Assembly (NCBI GenBank): GCA_903861305.1
Contig: CAIOTT010000041.1
Location: 1-62,771 of the forward strand
Direction: 5' to 3'
From: Candidatus Omnitrophota bacterium
Lineage (GTDB): Bacteria > Omnitrophota > Gorgyraeia > Zapsychrales > Fredricksoniimonadaceae
Length of the DNA stretch: 62,771 bases
The notes under the pieces were generated by a model, which ran no database searches, had not been told where the DNA came from, and worked only from the letters and a program-made list of their open reading frames with translations. The position numbers and the translations under genes were made by a program. Below are positions 1 through 9,655 of this stretch, one piece after another. Within the stretch, counting starts at the first letter, position 1. Each line of letters opens with the position of its first letter.

Positions 1-72
1 CACTAGCTCATCTGGTAGAGCACAGCCCTTTTAAGGCTGGTGTGCCGCGTTCGAGTCGCGGGTGGGTCACCA
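1..72 (+). tRNA. tRNA-Lys (anticodon UUU), 5' end cut by window edge
   Basis: D-arm tagctca..gagc. Anticodon stem-loop cagcc/cTTTTAa/ggctg. T-arm ccgcg/ttcgagt/cgcgg. The 3' acceptor plus encoded CCA ends at 72. About 4 nt of the 5' acceptor strand lie outside the window. Confidence 0.85.
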
Positions 73-114
73 TATTTCTATAATTCGGGCGGCCGCAAGG
101 CCTCCCGGCAGATC

Positions 115-196
115 GGGCAGGTGGCGAAATTGGCAGACGCGCCAGACTTAGGATCTGGTCCCGCAAGGGATGGAGGTTCAAGTCCTCTCCTGCCCA
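115..196 (+). tRNA. tRNA-Leu (anticodon UAG), class II with long variable arm
   Basis: Acceptor gggcagg/cctgccc. Anticodon stem-loop ccaga/ctTAGga/tctgg. Variable arm cccgcaaggga. T-loop ggttcaagtcc. Discriminator a at 196. No encoded CCA. Confidence 0.85.
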
Positions 197-233
197 TGAT
201 TTGGATGTGTTGAGAGAGAAAATCCACTTGCTG

Positions 234-261
234 TTGACTAACACGGGTTGGATGGTACAAT
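234..261 (+). promoter_or_regulatory. Putative sigma70-type promoter for tRNA-Gly
   Basis: TTGACT (234-239), a 16-nt spacer, then TACAAT (256-261). It lies about 22 nt upstream of the tRNA-Gly 5' end. Confidence 0.4.
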
Positions 262-283
262 AGCAAATCTCGTTTGTTCTTTT

Positions 284-357
284 GCGGCGGTAATTCAGTT
301 GGCTAGAATGCCACCTTGCCAAGGTGGATGTCGAGGGTTCGAATCCCTTCCGCCGCT
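284..357 (+). tRNA. tRNA-Gly (anticodon GCC)
   Basis: Acceptor gcggcgg/ccgccgc. Anticodon stem-loop ccacc/ttGCCaa/ggtgg. T-loop gggttcgaatccc. No encoded CCA. Confidence 0.9.
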
Positions 358-457
358 TAATTTTTTTATGAAGGCCCTGGGCCTGGAACGCTGAAGCTTG
401 TGGTTATCTGGCGCAGGGTTTGGAAGCTGTTTGATAAAATATGAGGAGCCACTGTTT

Positions 458-928
458 ATGAAAATCCTGGATTTTCTTTTTTCTGACGCTGTTTCCGCCG
501 ACCTGAAAGCCACGAACAAGAAAGATCTCATCGAAGAGATGGTCGGCCTGATGGTTGAAGCCGGTGCTTTTGAGAAAAAGAACAAGGCTAAGATCATTGA
601 TGTCCTGATGACCCGCGAGTCGTTGGGTTCCACCGCCATCGGGCAGGGTATTGCCATTCCGCATGGCAAGACCGATTGCGTGGACAAGCTTGTCGCCGGA
701 CTTGCCATCAGCAAGAAGGGGATAGATTTTGACGCGCTCGACGGTGAACCCGCGTTCATTTTCTTCATGCTGGCCGCGCCGGTCGATTCCGCTGGTCCCC
801 ACCTCAAGGCGCTGGCCCGCGTTTCCAGACTTTTGAAAGATAAATATTTTCGCGAAAGCCTCAAGGCCGCGAAGGATAAGGAAGACATCCTTGAGCTTAT
901 CGCGCGCGAGGATGCGCAGCTCAGTTAA
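458..928 (+). CDS. ptsN: PTS EIIA (EIIA-Ntr / PTS_EIIA_2 type) regulatory protein
   Basis: Phosphorylatable-His motif GIAIPHGK, about 156 aa, MKILDF start preceded by aggag at 444. The ORF-track start at 398 is probably an upstream extension. Confidence 0.85.
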   Translation: MKILDFLFSDAVSADLKATNKKDLIEEMVGLMVEAGAFEKKNKAKIIDVLMTRESLGSTAIGQGIAIPHGKTDCVDKLVAGLAISKKGIDFDALDGEPAFIFFMLAAPVDSAGPHLKALARVSRLLKDKYFRESLKAAKDKEDILELIAREDAQLS

Positions 929-934
929 AGGGTC

Positions 935-2179
935 ATGTCCAAAAATCTTCTCAAGTGGCTGTATCCCGGCATGCAGGTCAAGCGATGGGTTACAACATCG
1001 CTTTTCGGGGTCTGTGTTGTTGCTTTAGGCGCGTATTTTTCTGCATATCCGTATCCTTTTGTAAGTACGTTTGGTGTTATCATCGTCCTGTGCGGGATCC
1101 TTTTCACGGTCCTGGGCATCGGGAAAATGACGATATCCCTGATCACCATCTTTCTCCCGAAAAGGGAGCAGGACCTCGTCAACATCCTTTATCAGAAACG
1201 ATTCCTTGAGCGCGGCCCGAAGATCGTGGCCATCGGCGGAGGGCACGGGCTTTCCAACCTTCTTCTGGCGCTGAAGGAATACACGTCGAACATTACAGCC
1301 ATTGTGACGGTCGCTGACAGCGGCGGGTCTTCAGGGCGCTTGCGTGAACAGTTCAACATTGTGGCGCCCGGTGATATCCGTAATTGTCTGGTGGCGCTTG
1401 CTGACGCGCCGGGCATCATGGGTGATCTTTTTCAGTACCGTTTCCCCGAGAAATCGGAACTGAAAGGGCACAATTTCGGCAATCTTTTTTTGACCGCGTT
1501 CTATGAAGTGGCCAATCGTGATTTCAGGCAAGCCGTCGAGTTGACGAGCAAGGTCCTGGCGATCCGCGGCAAGGTCATTCCTTCTACGGTCGCTAATGTG
1601 CATCTTGTGGCGCGCTACCGCGACGGGCGTCAAACGCAGGGCGAGGCGAAGATCCCGCGGCCGGGTGTCCCGATCGAAGAGGTTTTTTTAAACCCTCAGG
1701 ATGCCGCGCCGACCGAAGAAGCCATTGAGGCGATACAGGCGGCGGATGTCATCATTTTGGGGCCGGGCAGCCTTTATACAAGTGTCCTGCCCAATCTGGT
1801 CATCGAAGGGGTCCCTCAGGCGATCGAGGCCTCGTCCGCGTTCAAGGTTTATGTGTGTAACGTCATGACGCAACTTGGAGAGACCGAGACGTATACCGCC
1901 AGCGAGCATGTGCGTGCTTTGGTCAAACATACCAATCGCAACATCATTGACGCAGTTGTCGTCAACGGGGCCGAGATCAAGGATACGGAGGCCCTGCGCC
2001 GTTACCGTGAGGAAAATTCAATACCTGTCAAGGCAGATGAGGATGAGATCCGAGCCATGGGGTATAAGGTTTTTAAAGAGGACATTGTCGGGATCAGGGA
2101 TTATGTGCGCCACGATTCCCACAAGTTGACAAAAGTCCTTATTAACGCTATCGAGCGTAACCGTGTCATTAAAAGGTAG
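935..2179 (+). CDS. YvcK/CofD-family (UPF0052, gluconeogenesis factor-like) protein with N-terminal transmembrane extension
   Basis: Motifs IVAIGGGHGLSNLL and VTVADSGGSSGRLR are typical of the YvcK/CofD family. The first ~80 aa form 2 hydrophobic helices that canonical ~320-aa YvcK lacks. Confidence 0.8.
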   Translation: MSKNLLKWLYPGMQVKRWVTTSLFGVCVVALGAYFSAYPYPFVSTFGVIIVLCGILFTVLGIGKMTISLITIFLPKREQDLVNILYQKRFLERGPKIVAIGGGHGLSNLLLALKEYTSNITAIVTVADSGGSSGRLREQFNIVAPGDIRNCLVALADAPGIMGDLFQYRFPEKSELKGHNFGNLFLTAFYEVANRDFRQAVELTSKVLAIRGKVIPSTVANVHLVARYRDGRQTQGEAKIPRPGVPIEEVFLNPQDAAPTEEAIEAIQAADVIILGPGSLYTSVLPNLVIEGVPQAIEASSAFKVYVCNVMTQLGETETYTASEHVRALVKHTNRNIIDAVVVNGAEIKDTEALRRYREENSIPVKADEDEIRAMGYKVFKEDIVGIRDYVRHDSHKLTKVLINAIERNRVIKR

Positions 2180-2193
2180 TTCAGGTTGCAATT

Positions 2194-2457
2194 ATGCCCA
2201 AGATAGAAAAGACCATCATCGTTAAATGCCGGCAAGGGCTTCATGCCCGTCCTGCGGCCATGTTCGTGCAGATAGCCAATAAATTCGCTTCAGCCGTTAC
2301 CGTGCGTAAAGGTACGGAAGAGGTCAATGGCAAATCCATCATGGGGATCCTCATGCTGGGGGCTGACCACGACTGCGAGGTTATTATGATCACTGATGGT
2401 GATGACGCCGCGGAAATGTTCGCCGAACTGGAGGCGTATCTTGTCAAAGAAGATTAG
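2194..2457 (+). CDS. ptsH: Phosphocarrier protein HPr/NPr
   Basis: 87 aa. His15 motif GLHARPAA and Ser46-region GKSIMG. Confidence 0.9.
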   Translation: MPKIEKTIIVKCRQGLHARPAAMFVQIANKFASAVTVRKGTEEVNGKSIMGILMLGADHDCEVIMITDGDDAAEMFAELEAYLVKED

Positions 2458-2470
2458 GTCGGAAACGGTC

Positions 2471-4225
2471 TTGAAGGGCATACCGGCGGCTCCAGGCGTC
2501 GCTATCGGTCCGGCTTTTCTCATGGATCAGCAGGATTATATCGTTCCGGAACGCGTGATCTCGGATGAAGAGATCCCTGTTGAAGTCGCGCGATTTGAAG
2601 AAGCTGTCAATCACACCAAGACCGAGATCCAGTTCATTAAGGATAAGATAACTGCCCAGGTGGGCAGTATGGATGCCCAGATATTTGACGCGCATCTTCT
2701 TGTCCTTGAGGATTGCATGCTCATTGATGAGGTCAAGAAGCACATCAGGTCCGACAAACTCGGCGCTGAATGTGTTTTCATGCGCGTCATCAAGCGCTAC
2801 GTTGAGGTCTTTGAGAAGATACAGGATGATTATATCAAGGAGCGTTCGACGGACGTCGAGGACGTCGGCCGCAGGGTCCTCAAGCATTTGATGGGGGAAA
2901 GCCGCAGTCACGATTTTGAACATCTCGGTTCCGAGATAGTCATTGTGGCGCATGACATTTCACCTTCTGACGCCGTGACGATGTATAACAAAAAGATCCT
3001 CGGGTTCGTTACCGACGTCGGCGGGCGCACGGCGCATACGGCGATCATTGCCAAATCCCTCGGTGTTCCGGCTGTGCTCGGTTTGAAGGATGCGACGTTG
3101 CGCATCAGCAATCAGGACGAGATCATCATCGACGGCCGCAAGGGTGTCGTGATCATCAATCCCACCGAGGAAACCGTAGAGCTTTACCGCCGTGAAAAGG
3201 AAAAGATCGTTCAGTACGAGGGGTCTTTCGCGAACATCCAGGACGTCCCCGCGGAGACGCTTGACGGGCACCGCGCTGTATTGATGGCGAACTTCGAGAT
3301 GGACGGTGAGCTTCCGGCGGTCAAGAAATACAGGTCTGAAGGCATTGGCCTTTACCGCACTGAATTCTTTTACATGAACCGCCTTGACCTTCCGACGGAA
3401 GAAGAGCAGTTCAGGGCTTACAGGAAGATCGCGGAGGAAATGGCGCCTCATCCGGTCATCATCCGCACCCTGGACCTTGGTGGCGACAAGTTCCTTTCGA
3501 GCATCCATCTGCCCAAGGAGATGACGCCCTTTCTCGGGTCGCGCGCCATCCGTTTGTGCCTTGAGGAGCAGGAGATATTCCGTACCCAGCTCAGGGCCAT
3601 CCTGCGCGCCTCTGTTTACGGCAATGTGAGCATGATGTACCCGATGATCGCCGGCCCCGGCGAGTTGCGCGCGGCCAACGAGGTGCTCAAGGGGGTCAAG
3701 CAGCGTTTGCGTGAAAAAGGGATCTCTTTTAATGAGAACATGCCTGTGGGGGTCATGATCGAGGTCCCGGCGGCAGCCATGACCGCTGACCTTTTGGCCA
3801 AGGAATGCAACTTCTTCAGTATCGGAACGAATGATCTTATTCAATATACCCTGGCGGTTGACCGTACGAACGAGAAGATGGCGCAGTTCTACGAACCCGG
3901 GCATCCGGCCGTGCTTCGCCTTATCCGCCGGACCATCAGCGCGGCGCATGACGCGAATATCAAGGTCGGCGTATGCGGTGAAATGGCCAGTGATCCTGTC
4001 CTGTCGGTGGTCTTGCTGGGGCTTGGACTGGATTCTTTCAGCATGTCACCTTCGAGCATCCCTGCTATCAAGAGGGCCCTGCGCAGCATCAAGTTCGCGG
4101 ATGCCCAGGAACTGGCACGGCAGGCCCTGCGCCTGAGCACCGGCCAGGAGGTCGAAGAATTCATGATCACGGAATTGACCAGGCTGGCTCCGGCTGCTTT
4201 TAATCAGGAAGGACAGATGAAATGA
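2471..4225 (+). CDS. ptsI: Phosphoenolpyruvate-protein phosphotransferase (PTS enzyme I)
   Basis: LKGIPAAPGVAIG N-terminus, active-site His region GGRTAHTAIIAKSLGVPAV, IGTNDLIQY, and CGEMA near the C-terminus. The start is uncertain: TTG 2471 gives a canonical 584-aa EI, whereas ATG 2396 would overlap ptsH by 62 nt. Confidence 0.85.
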   Translation: MKGIPAAPGVAIGPAFLMDQQDYIVPERVISDEEIPVEVARFEEAVNHTKTEIQFIKDKITAQVGSMDAQIFDAHLLVLEDCMLIDEVKKHIRSDKLGAECVFMRVIKRYVEVFEKIQDDYIKERSTDVEDVGRRVLKHLMGESRSHDFEHLGSEIVIVAHDISPSDAVTMYNKKILGFVTDVGGRTAHTAIIAKSLGVPAVLGLKDATLRISNQDEIIIDGRKGVVIINPTEETVELYRREKEKIVQYEGSFANIQDVPAETLDGHRAVLMANFEMDGELPAVKKYRSEGIGLYRTEFFYMNRLDLPTEEEQFRAYRKIAEEMAPHPVIIRTLDLGGDKFLSSIHLPKEMTPFLGSRAIRLCLEEQEIFRTQLRAILRASVYGNVSMMYPMIAGPGELRAANEVLKGVKQRLREKGISFNENMPVGVMIEVPAAAMTADLLAKECNFFSIGTNDLIQYTLAVDRTNEKMAQFYEPGHPAVLRLIRRTISAAHDANIKVGVCGEMASDPVLSVVLLGLGLDSFSMSPSSIPAIKRALRSIKFADAQELARQALRLSTGQEVEEFMITELTRLAPAAFNQEGQMK

Positions 4226-4968
4226 AGGTGCTTATCCTTGCGGGCGGGTACGGTACCCGTCTTTATCCCGTTGTCAAAGATACGCCCAAGGCGCTTCTCG
4301 AAGTCTGCGGGAAGACGCTCATCGACCATGTGCTGGAGAAATTTTACACCGTTGCCGGTATTGAAGAAGTTTGTGTTGTGACGAATGACAAGTTCCACCA
4401 TTTGCTCCAGCAGTGGGCCCAGAAGAAAAACAGCGCGCCTTTTCCGATACGCGTGGTCAATGACGGGACCAGGATCCCTGAGGAGCGGTTAGGCGCTGTA
4501 GGAGACATCCTTTTTGTGTTCGACAGGGAGAAACAGCCTGTGGATTGGCTCGTCGCCGGGAGTGATAATCTTTTTGACCAGGATATGGCGGGTTTTGTGC
4601 GACTGTCACAGAGCAAGGCGCCGCACGCGACGGTAGGGGCCTATGATATACATGATCTTGTCCTGGCGCGTAAATACGGGGTCATGTCGCTTGCAGACGA
4701 CGGGCTGATGACGTCCCTTGAAGAAAAGCCGCAGGAACCGCGTTCCAGCCTTATTTCCATGTGTTTGTATTATTTTCCTGTCGATGTCCAGCCGCTCATC
4801 CGCCGTTATGTCCAGGAAACGAACAGCAGCGACACCACCGGGGGATGCATCCAGTGGCTTTACAAAAAGAGTCCAATTTATGGTTTTAAATTTCAAGGCA
4901 AATGGTATGATATCGGCAGTTTGGAATCGTATGATGACGCGCAGAAGAACTTCATGAGGAAGTCCTGA
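4222..4968 (+). CDS. Sugar-phosphate nucleotidyltransferase (NTP_transferase family, specificity unknown)
   Basis: N-terminal MKVLILAGGYGTRLYP pyrophosphorylase signature. 248 aa. The start overlaps the ptsI stop (ATGA). Confidence 0.75.
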   Translation: MKVLILAGGYGTRLYPVVKDTPKALLEVCGKTLIDHVLEKFYTVAGIEEVCVVTNDKFHHLLQQWAQKKNSAPFPIRVVNDGTRIPEERLGAVGDILFVFDREKQPVDWLVAGSDNLFDQDMAGFVRLSQSKAPHATVGAYDIHDLVLARKYGVMSLADDGLMTSLEEKPQEPRSSLISMCLYYFPVDVQPLIRRYVQETNSSDTTGGCIQWLYKKSPIYGFKFQGKWYDIGSLESYDDAQKNFMRKS

Positions 4969-5016
4969 GCGATATCCCTTCCGAATCTAAATAAGTCAAC
5001 GAAAGGAAAAGAACCC

Positions 5017-6174
5017 GTGAAAGGCAATTACTTCATCACATCAGAATCAGTAGGCAACGGCCATCCTGATAAAGTTTGCGACCAGATCTCGGATGCCGTG
5101 CTTGATGCGGTGCTCAAGGATGATCCTAAAGGCCGTGTGGCCTGTGAAACTTTCATCAGCGCGGGCCTGGTCATTGTCGGCGGTGAGATCACGACCACGA
5201 CCTATATCGATGTTCATAAACTGGTGCGCGGTGTATTGAATGACATCGGCTATACCAGCCAGATCTACGGGTTCGACGCGTCCACCTGCGCGATCCTGAA
5301 TGCCATTAACCGCCAGTCTCCCGATATCGCCCAGGGCGTTGACGCGGGCGGCGCGGGTGACCAGGGGATCATGTATGGTTACGCGACGGATGAGACCAAA
5401 GAGCTTATGCCTTTGCCTATCACCCTGGCGCATGCCATTGTCAAGCGTATCGAGGAAGTCAGGAAGAACAAGATCCTTGACTATCTCGGCCCGGACTGCA
5501 AGAGCCAGGTCACGGTCGAATATGTCGATGGCCAGCCCAAGCGTATTGATACGGTCGTGATCGCGGCCCAGCATACGACAAAGATCCTGGACAAGACCGG
5601 AGAGAAGATCACGGAAGCGGCGCGCCGGCAGATCATCAAGGTTGTTGCCATGCCGATCGTGGAAAAATTGATCGATAAGAACACGAAATTCTATATCAAC
5701 CAGACAGGGAAGTTCGTTGTGGGCGGACCGCAGTCCGACACGGGCGTGACGGGCCGCAAGATCATTGTCGACACCTACGGCGGGATCGTTCCGCACGGCG
5801 GCGGCGCATTCTCCGGCAAGGATCCGACCAAGGTCGACCGTTCTGCCGCTTACATGGCGCGTTACATCACCAAGAATATTGTGGCGGCTGGCCTGGCCAA
5901 CAAGTGCCTGATCCAGTTGAGCTATGTCATCGGGAAAGCCGAGCCTCTCAGCATTTTTGTCGACACCTTCGGCACGGGCAAGGTGAGCGAGCAGAAACTC
6001 GTGGAGCTCATCCGCAAGAATTTTGACCTGACACCGGCGGGGATCATCAAGGTGCTCGATCTGCGCAAGCCGGTCTTTCGTCGCACGGCGGCTTACGGCC
6101 ATTTCGGGAATTCGGCGTTCCGTTGGGAAAAGACGGATGTCGCGGCGAAACTGAAGAAAGACGCAGGGGTATAA
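5017..6174 (+). CDS. metK: S-adenosylmethionine synthase
   Basis: [43 protein letters not shown] start. Confidence 0.95.
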   Translation: MKGNYFITSESVGNGHPDKVCDQISDAVLDAVLKDDPKGRVACETFISAGLVIVGGEITTTTYIDVHKLVRGVLNDIGYTSQIYGFDASTCAILNAINRQSPDIAQGVDAGGAGDQGIMYGYATDETKELMPLPITLAHAIVKRIEEVRKNKILDYLGPDCKSQVTVEYVDGQPKRIDTVVIAAQHTTKILDKTGEKITEAARRQIIKVVAMPIVEKLIDKNTKFYINQTGKFVVGGPQSDTGVTGRKIIVDTYGGIVPHGGGAFSGKDPTKVDRSAAYMARYITKNIVAAGLANKCLIQLSYVIGKAEPLSIFVDTFGTGKVSEQKLVELIRKNFDLTPAGIIKVLDLRKPVFRRTAAYGHFGNSAFRWEKTDVAAKLKKDAGV

Positions 6175-6175
6175 T

Positions 6176-7579
6176 ATGTCAGCAGCTGAATACAAGGTCA
6201 AGGACATGGGGTTGGCCGAACTCGGCCACAAACAGATCGCCATGGCCGAGAAAGAAATGCCGGGGCTTATGTCGCTGCGCCGCAAGCATGGCGCCAAAAA
6301 GCCGCTGAAGGGGGCCCGTATCATGGGCTCGCTGCATATGACCATTGAGACAGCCGTCCTTATCAAGACGCTGGCCGCCCTCGGGGCGGAGGTCCGCTGG
6401 GCCAGTTGCAATATCTTCTCGACCCAGGACCAGGCCGCGGCCGCGATCGCGGATCTGGGGATCCCTGTCTTCGCCTGGAAAGGCGAGACGCTCGAGGAAT
6501 ACTGGTGGTGCACGAAGAAGGCTCTGGTGTTCCCGGACGGGAAAGGGCCGGACCTTATCGTGGATGACGGCGGGGACGCGACCATGATGGTCCATCTCGG
6601 GCTTGCCGCCGAGAAGTCGCCCAAGGTCCTTGACCGCAAGGTCGAGGGGGAGGACGAAAAACAGCTGCTGCTTTGCCTGAAAAAGACCCTTAAGGAAGAC
6701 CCGAAGCTGTGGCATCGCATCACGCCGAAGATCAAGGGCGTTTCCGAAGAAACAACGACCGGCGTTCATCGTTTGTACCAGATGATGGCCGATAAGAAGC
6801 TCCTTTTCCCCGCGTTCAATGTGAACGATTCCGTCACCAAGTCGAAGTTCGACAACCTTTATGGTTGCCGTGAATCACTGGCGGACGGCATCAAGCGGGC
6901 CACCGATGTCATGCTTGCCGGGAAGGTTGCCGTGGTGTGCGGTTACGGGGATGTTGGCAAAGGGTGCGCGCATTCCCTGCGTTCCTACGGTTCACGCGTT
7001 ATTGTGACCGAGATCGACCCGATCTGCGCGCTGCAGGCCTCGATGGAAGGTTTTGAGGTCAAGACGGTCGAAGACGCTTTGCCTGAGGCGAACATTTTTG
7101 TCACGGCCACGGGCAATTGCGAGATCATCACGGCTGAGCATATGTCGAAGATGAGGGATCATGCCATTGTCTGCAATATCGGCCATTTTGATAATGAGAT
7201 CGGTGTTGGGGACCTTATGGCGATCAAGGGGGTCAAGCGTGTCAATATCAAGCCCCAGGTCGACAAGTATATCTTTCCTGACGGGCATTGCATTATCCTT
7301 TTGGCGGAAGGACGGTTGGTGAACCTGGGTTGCGCGACAGGGCATCCGTCGTTCGTCATGTCGAATTCTTTCACGAACCAGACGCTGGCCCAACTGGAAC
7401 TCTGGCAGAAGGATTATCCTGTCGGTGTTTACCGGCTCCCGAAGAACCTGGATGAAGAGGTGGCCCGTTTGCACCTGGAGAACGTTGGCGCGAAGCTGAC
7501 GAAATTGTCTAAGAAACAGTCGAACTATATCGGCGTCCCGGTTGACGGCCCCTATAAACCTGAACATTACCGGTATTGA
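6176..7579 (+). CDS. ahcY: Adenosylhomocysteinase
   Basis: 467 aa. N-terminal [27 protein letters not shown] and NAD site [12 protein letters not shown], both typical of AhcY. Confidence 0.95.
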   Translation: MSAAEYKVKDMGLAELGHKQIAMAEKEMPGLMSLRRKHGAKKPLKGARIMGSLHMTIETAVLIKTLAALGAEVRWASCNIFSTQDQAAAAIADLGIPVFAWKGETLEEYWWCTKKALVFPDGKGPDLIVDDGGDATMMVHLGLAAEKSPKVLDRKVEGEDEKQLLLCLKKTLKEDPKLWHRITPKIKGVSEETTTGVHRLYQMMADKKLLFPAFNVNDSVTKSKFDNLYGCRESLADGIKRATDVMLAGKVAVVCGYGDVGKGCAHSLRSYGSRVIVTEIDPICALQASMEGFEVKTVEDALPEANIFVTATGNCEIITAEHMSKMRDHAIVCNIGHFDNEIGVGDLMAIKGVKRVNIKPQVDKYIFPDGHCIILLAEGRLVNLGCATGHPSFVMSNSFTNQTLAQLELWQKDYPVGVYRLPKNLDEEVARLHLENVGAKLTKLSKKQSNYIGVPVDGPYKPEHYRY

Positions 7580-7584
7580 GAACA

Positions 7585-8562
7585 ATGAAAAAGAAGCCCA
7601 GGATCGGGAAGATCGGTGTCCTTTGTTCAGGTGGTGACGGTCCGGGCATGAATGCTGCGTTGCGGGCTGTTGTGCGCGCTGGTCTTTCATACCGCCTTGA
7701 AGTTGCCGGCATCATGCGGGGATATCAGGGGCTCATTGAGAATGAGATCGTGCCGATGGGGCCGCGTTCGGTTTCGAACATCATCAACCGCGGCGGCACG
7801 ATCCTTAAAACGGCGCGTTCCGCGGAGTTCCGCACCGACAAGGGGCAGGCCAGGGCCGTGGCTGTCCTCAAGAAGCGCGGGATCGACGCCCTTGTTGTTA
7901 TCGGCGGCGACGGTTCTTATCTGGGCGCCAGTTCGCTTTATGAGAAGTGGGGTATCCCGACCGTGGGTATCCCGGGCACCATTGACAATGATTTGCATGG
8001 CACGGACCAGACGATCGGGTGCCATACGGCGATCAATACAGCACTTGATGCCATCGACAAGGTGCGCGATACGGCGCACAGCATGGAACGCATTTTCATC
8101 ATTGAGGTCATGGGCAACCGTTCCGGCTATCTTGCCATGGAAGTGGCCCTTGCCGCTGGGGCTGAGGATGTGATCGTGCCGGAATTCAAGCCGGATTATC
8201 AGGCGCTGTGCACCAATATCCAGGCAGGGAACAAAAAGGGCAAGGTCAGCTGGATGATCGTGACTGCCGAAGGCGGGGCCAAGGCTGAGGTTGTCGCTCA
8301 AACGATCACCAATATGACCGGACTTGAGACGCGTGCGGTGGTGCTGGGCCATGTGATGCGCGGCGGGACGCCTTGCGGCGCCGACCGTCTTTTGTCGACG
8401 CGCCTGGGTGTTGCGGCGGTGGAAGCGATCCGTGAAGGGAACTTTGGAGTTGCTTTAGGTGTGATTCGTGATAAATTAAACATCATTCCTCTGGCCGACG
8501 CCAGGAAGCGCGATAACGATATTTATCAGGAGCGTTTGCGGTTGATCAGAATGCTCCGTTGA
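7585..8562 (+). CDS. pfkA: ATP-dependent 6-phosphofructokinase
   Basis: [22 protein letters not shown] and IPGTIDND motifs. ATG 7585 is preferred over TTG 7576. Confidence 0.9.
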   Translation: MKKKPRIGKIGVLCSGGDGPGMNAALRAVVRAGLSYRLEVAGIMRGYQGLIENEIVPMGPRSVSNIINRGGTILKTARSAEFRTDKGQARAVAVLKKRGIDALVVIGGDGSYLGASSLYEKWGIPTVGIPGTIDNDLHGTDQTIGCHTAINTALDAIDKVRDTAHSMERIFIIEVMGNRSGYLAMEVALAAGAEDVIVPEFKPDYQALCTNIQAGNKKGKVSWMIVTAEGGAKAEVVAQTITNMTGLETRAVVLGHVMRGGTPCGADRLLSTRLGVAAVEAIREGNFGVALGVIRDKLNIIPLADARKRDNDIYQERLRLIRMLR

Positions 8563-8582
8563 AACCTGGAAGGGACGTTGAA

Positions 8583-9575
8583 ATGCCTAAGATCTATTAT
8601 GATAAAGATGCTGATTTGAATGTTTTAAAGAACAAGACCATTGCTATTATCGGTTATGGGATCCAGGGCCGCGGTCAGGCGCTCAATTTGCGCGACAGCG
8701 GGTTGAATGTGATCATTGGCCAGCGCGAAGGCGGGCCCAATTATCAAAAGGCCATTGATGATGGTTTCAAGCCCATGGATGCGGGTAAAGCCGCCCAGAA
8801 GGCCGATATTATCGTTATCCTGACCCAGGACCATCTGCAGGCGGAGATCTATAAGAAGTCCCTGCGCCGTCATATGAAGAAGGGCAAGGCCCTGGTCTTT
8901 TCACACGGGTTCAATGTTCATTTCGGACAGATCAAGCCGCCCGCGGATGTCGATGTGTGGATGGTGGCGCCCAAGGGGCCGGGTTCTTTTGTCCGGCGTC
9001 AATATGAAGAAGGCAAGGGCGTTCCCTGCCTCGTGGCCATCCATCAGGATGCATCAGGCAACGCGTTGAAAGAAGCGCTGGCGTATGCCAAAGGCCTTGG
9101 CGGCGCGCGTGCCAGCGTGTTCGAGACCACGTTCAAGGAGGAGACGGAAACGGACCTCTTCGGCGAACAGGTTGTCCTGTGCGGCGGCACAAGTGAATTG
9201 ATCAAGGCTGGTTTTGATACGCTGGTAGATGCCGGATATGCGCCTGAAATGGCGTATTTCGAGTGCCTGCATGAGCTCAAGCTCATCGTGGATATCATTT
9301 ATGAAGAAGGCATTGCCGGGATGCGCAAGCGCGTGTCCGATACGGCGGAATACGGCGATTATACCCGCGGCCCGCGGATCATCACGGACCGCACGCGCAA
9401 GGAAATGAAGAAGATCCTTGGCGAGATCCAGAAGGGCAAGTTCGCCCGGGAATGGATGAGAGAGAACAAGAAGGGCCGTTCCAATTTCCTTAAAATGCGT
9501 GAAGATCAGGACAAGCATAAGATCGAAGAAGTTGGCAAACGACTACGGGGCATGATGTCCTGGATCAAGAAGTAA
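8583..9575 (+). CDS. ilvC: Ketol-acid reductoisomerase (class I)
   Basis: [13 protein letters not shown]-terminus, [21 protein letters not shown] Rossmann motif, RBS ggaaggg upstream of 8583. Confidence 0.92.
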   Translation: MPKIYYDKDADLNVLKNKTIAIIGYGIQGRGQALNLRDSGLNVIIGQREGGPNYQKAIDDGFKPMDAGKAAQKADIIVILTQDHLQAEIYKKSLRRHMKKGKALVFSHGFNVHFGQIKPPADVDVWMVAPKGPGSFVRRQYEEGKGVPCLVAIHQDASGNALKEALAYAKGLGGARASVFETTFKEETETDLFGEQVVLCGGTSELIKAGFDTLVDAGYAPEMAYFECLHELKLIVDIIYEEGIAGMRKRVSDTAEYGDYTRGPRIITDRTRKEMKKILGEIQKGKFAREWMRENKKGRSNFLKMREDQDKHKIEEVGKRLRGMMSWIKK

Positions 9576-9594
9576 GGCTTGCGGGATAAGTTTT

Positions 9595-9628
9595 AAAAAA
9601 CGCATGTCTTATGACATGCGTTTTTTAT
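9595..9628 (+). terminator. Rho-independent (bidirectional-looking) terminator or attenuator between ilvC and leuA
   Basis: Perfect hairpin aaaaaacgcatgtc-ttat-gacatgcgtttttt. The GC core is 8 bp, flanked by an A-tract and a T-tract. Confidence 0.7.
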
Positions 9629-9655
9629 TTAAAGGGTTAACGAAAGAGATATTGT

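Noticed and set aside
8-322. 104-aa and 62-aa minus-strand ORFs at the window start
   Set aside because: They overlap three well-folded tRNA genes and their spacers, so they are spurious.
409-427. Sigma54-like element TGGCGC-N5-TTGG upstream of ptsN
   Set aside because: The -24 GG is present, but the -12 element reads TTGG instead of TTGC. No rpoN or enhancer-binding protein is visible nearby. This is too weak to call.
2396-2470. Long N-terminal extensions offered by the ORF track
   Set aside because: The ORFs concerned are ptsI 2396, ptsN 398, ilvC 8559, dprA 21997, GT9 33523, acyltransferase 36473, the coiled-coil gene 50451, the OmpA gene 49907 and the CDP-AP gene 16428. The extensions overlap the preceding gene and lack conserved sequence. 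Downstream starts have RBS support or an ATGA overlap and restore canonical N-termini. These start choices remain unverified.
4969-5016. Possible SAM riboswitch upstream of metK
   Set aside because: The spacer is only 48 nt, far shorter than any SAM riboswitch class, and it contains just an RBS-like aaaggaaaag.
5047-6735. 562-aa ORF on the minus strand spanning metK and ahcY
   Set aside because: It is antisense to two genes with unmistakable conserved motifs. Its translation is R/A/P/G-rich low-complexity sequence, typical of shadow ORFs in GC-rich DNA. I see no motif or start context.
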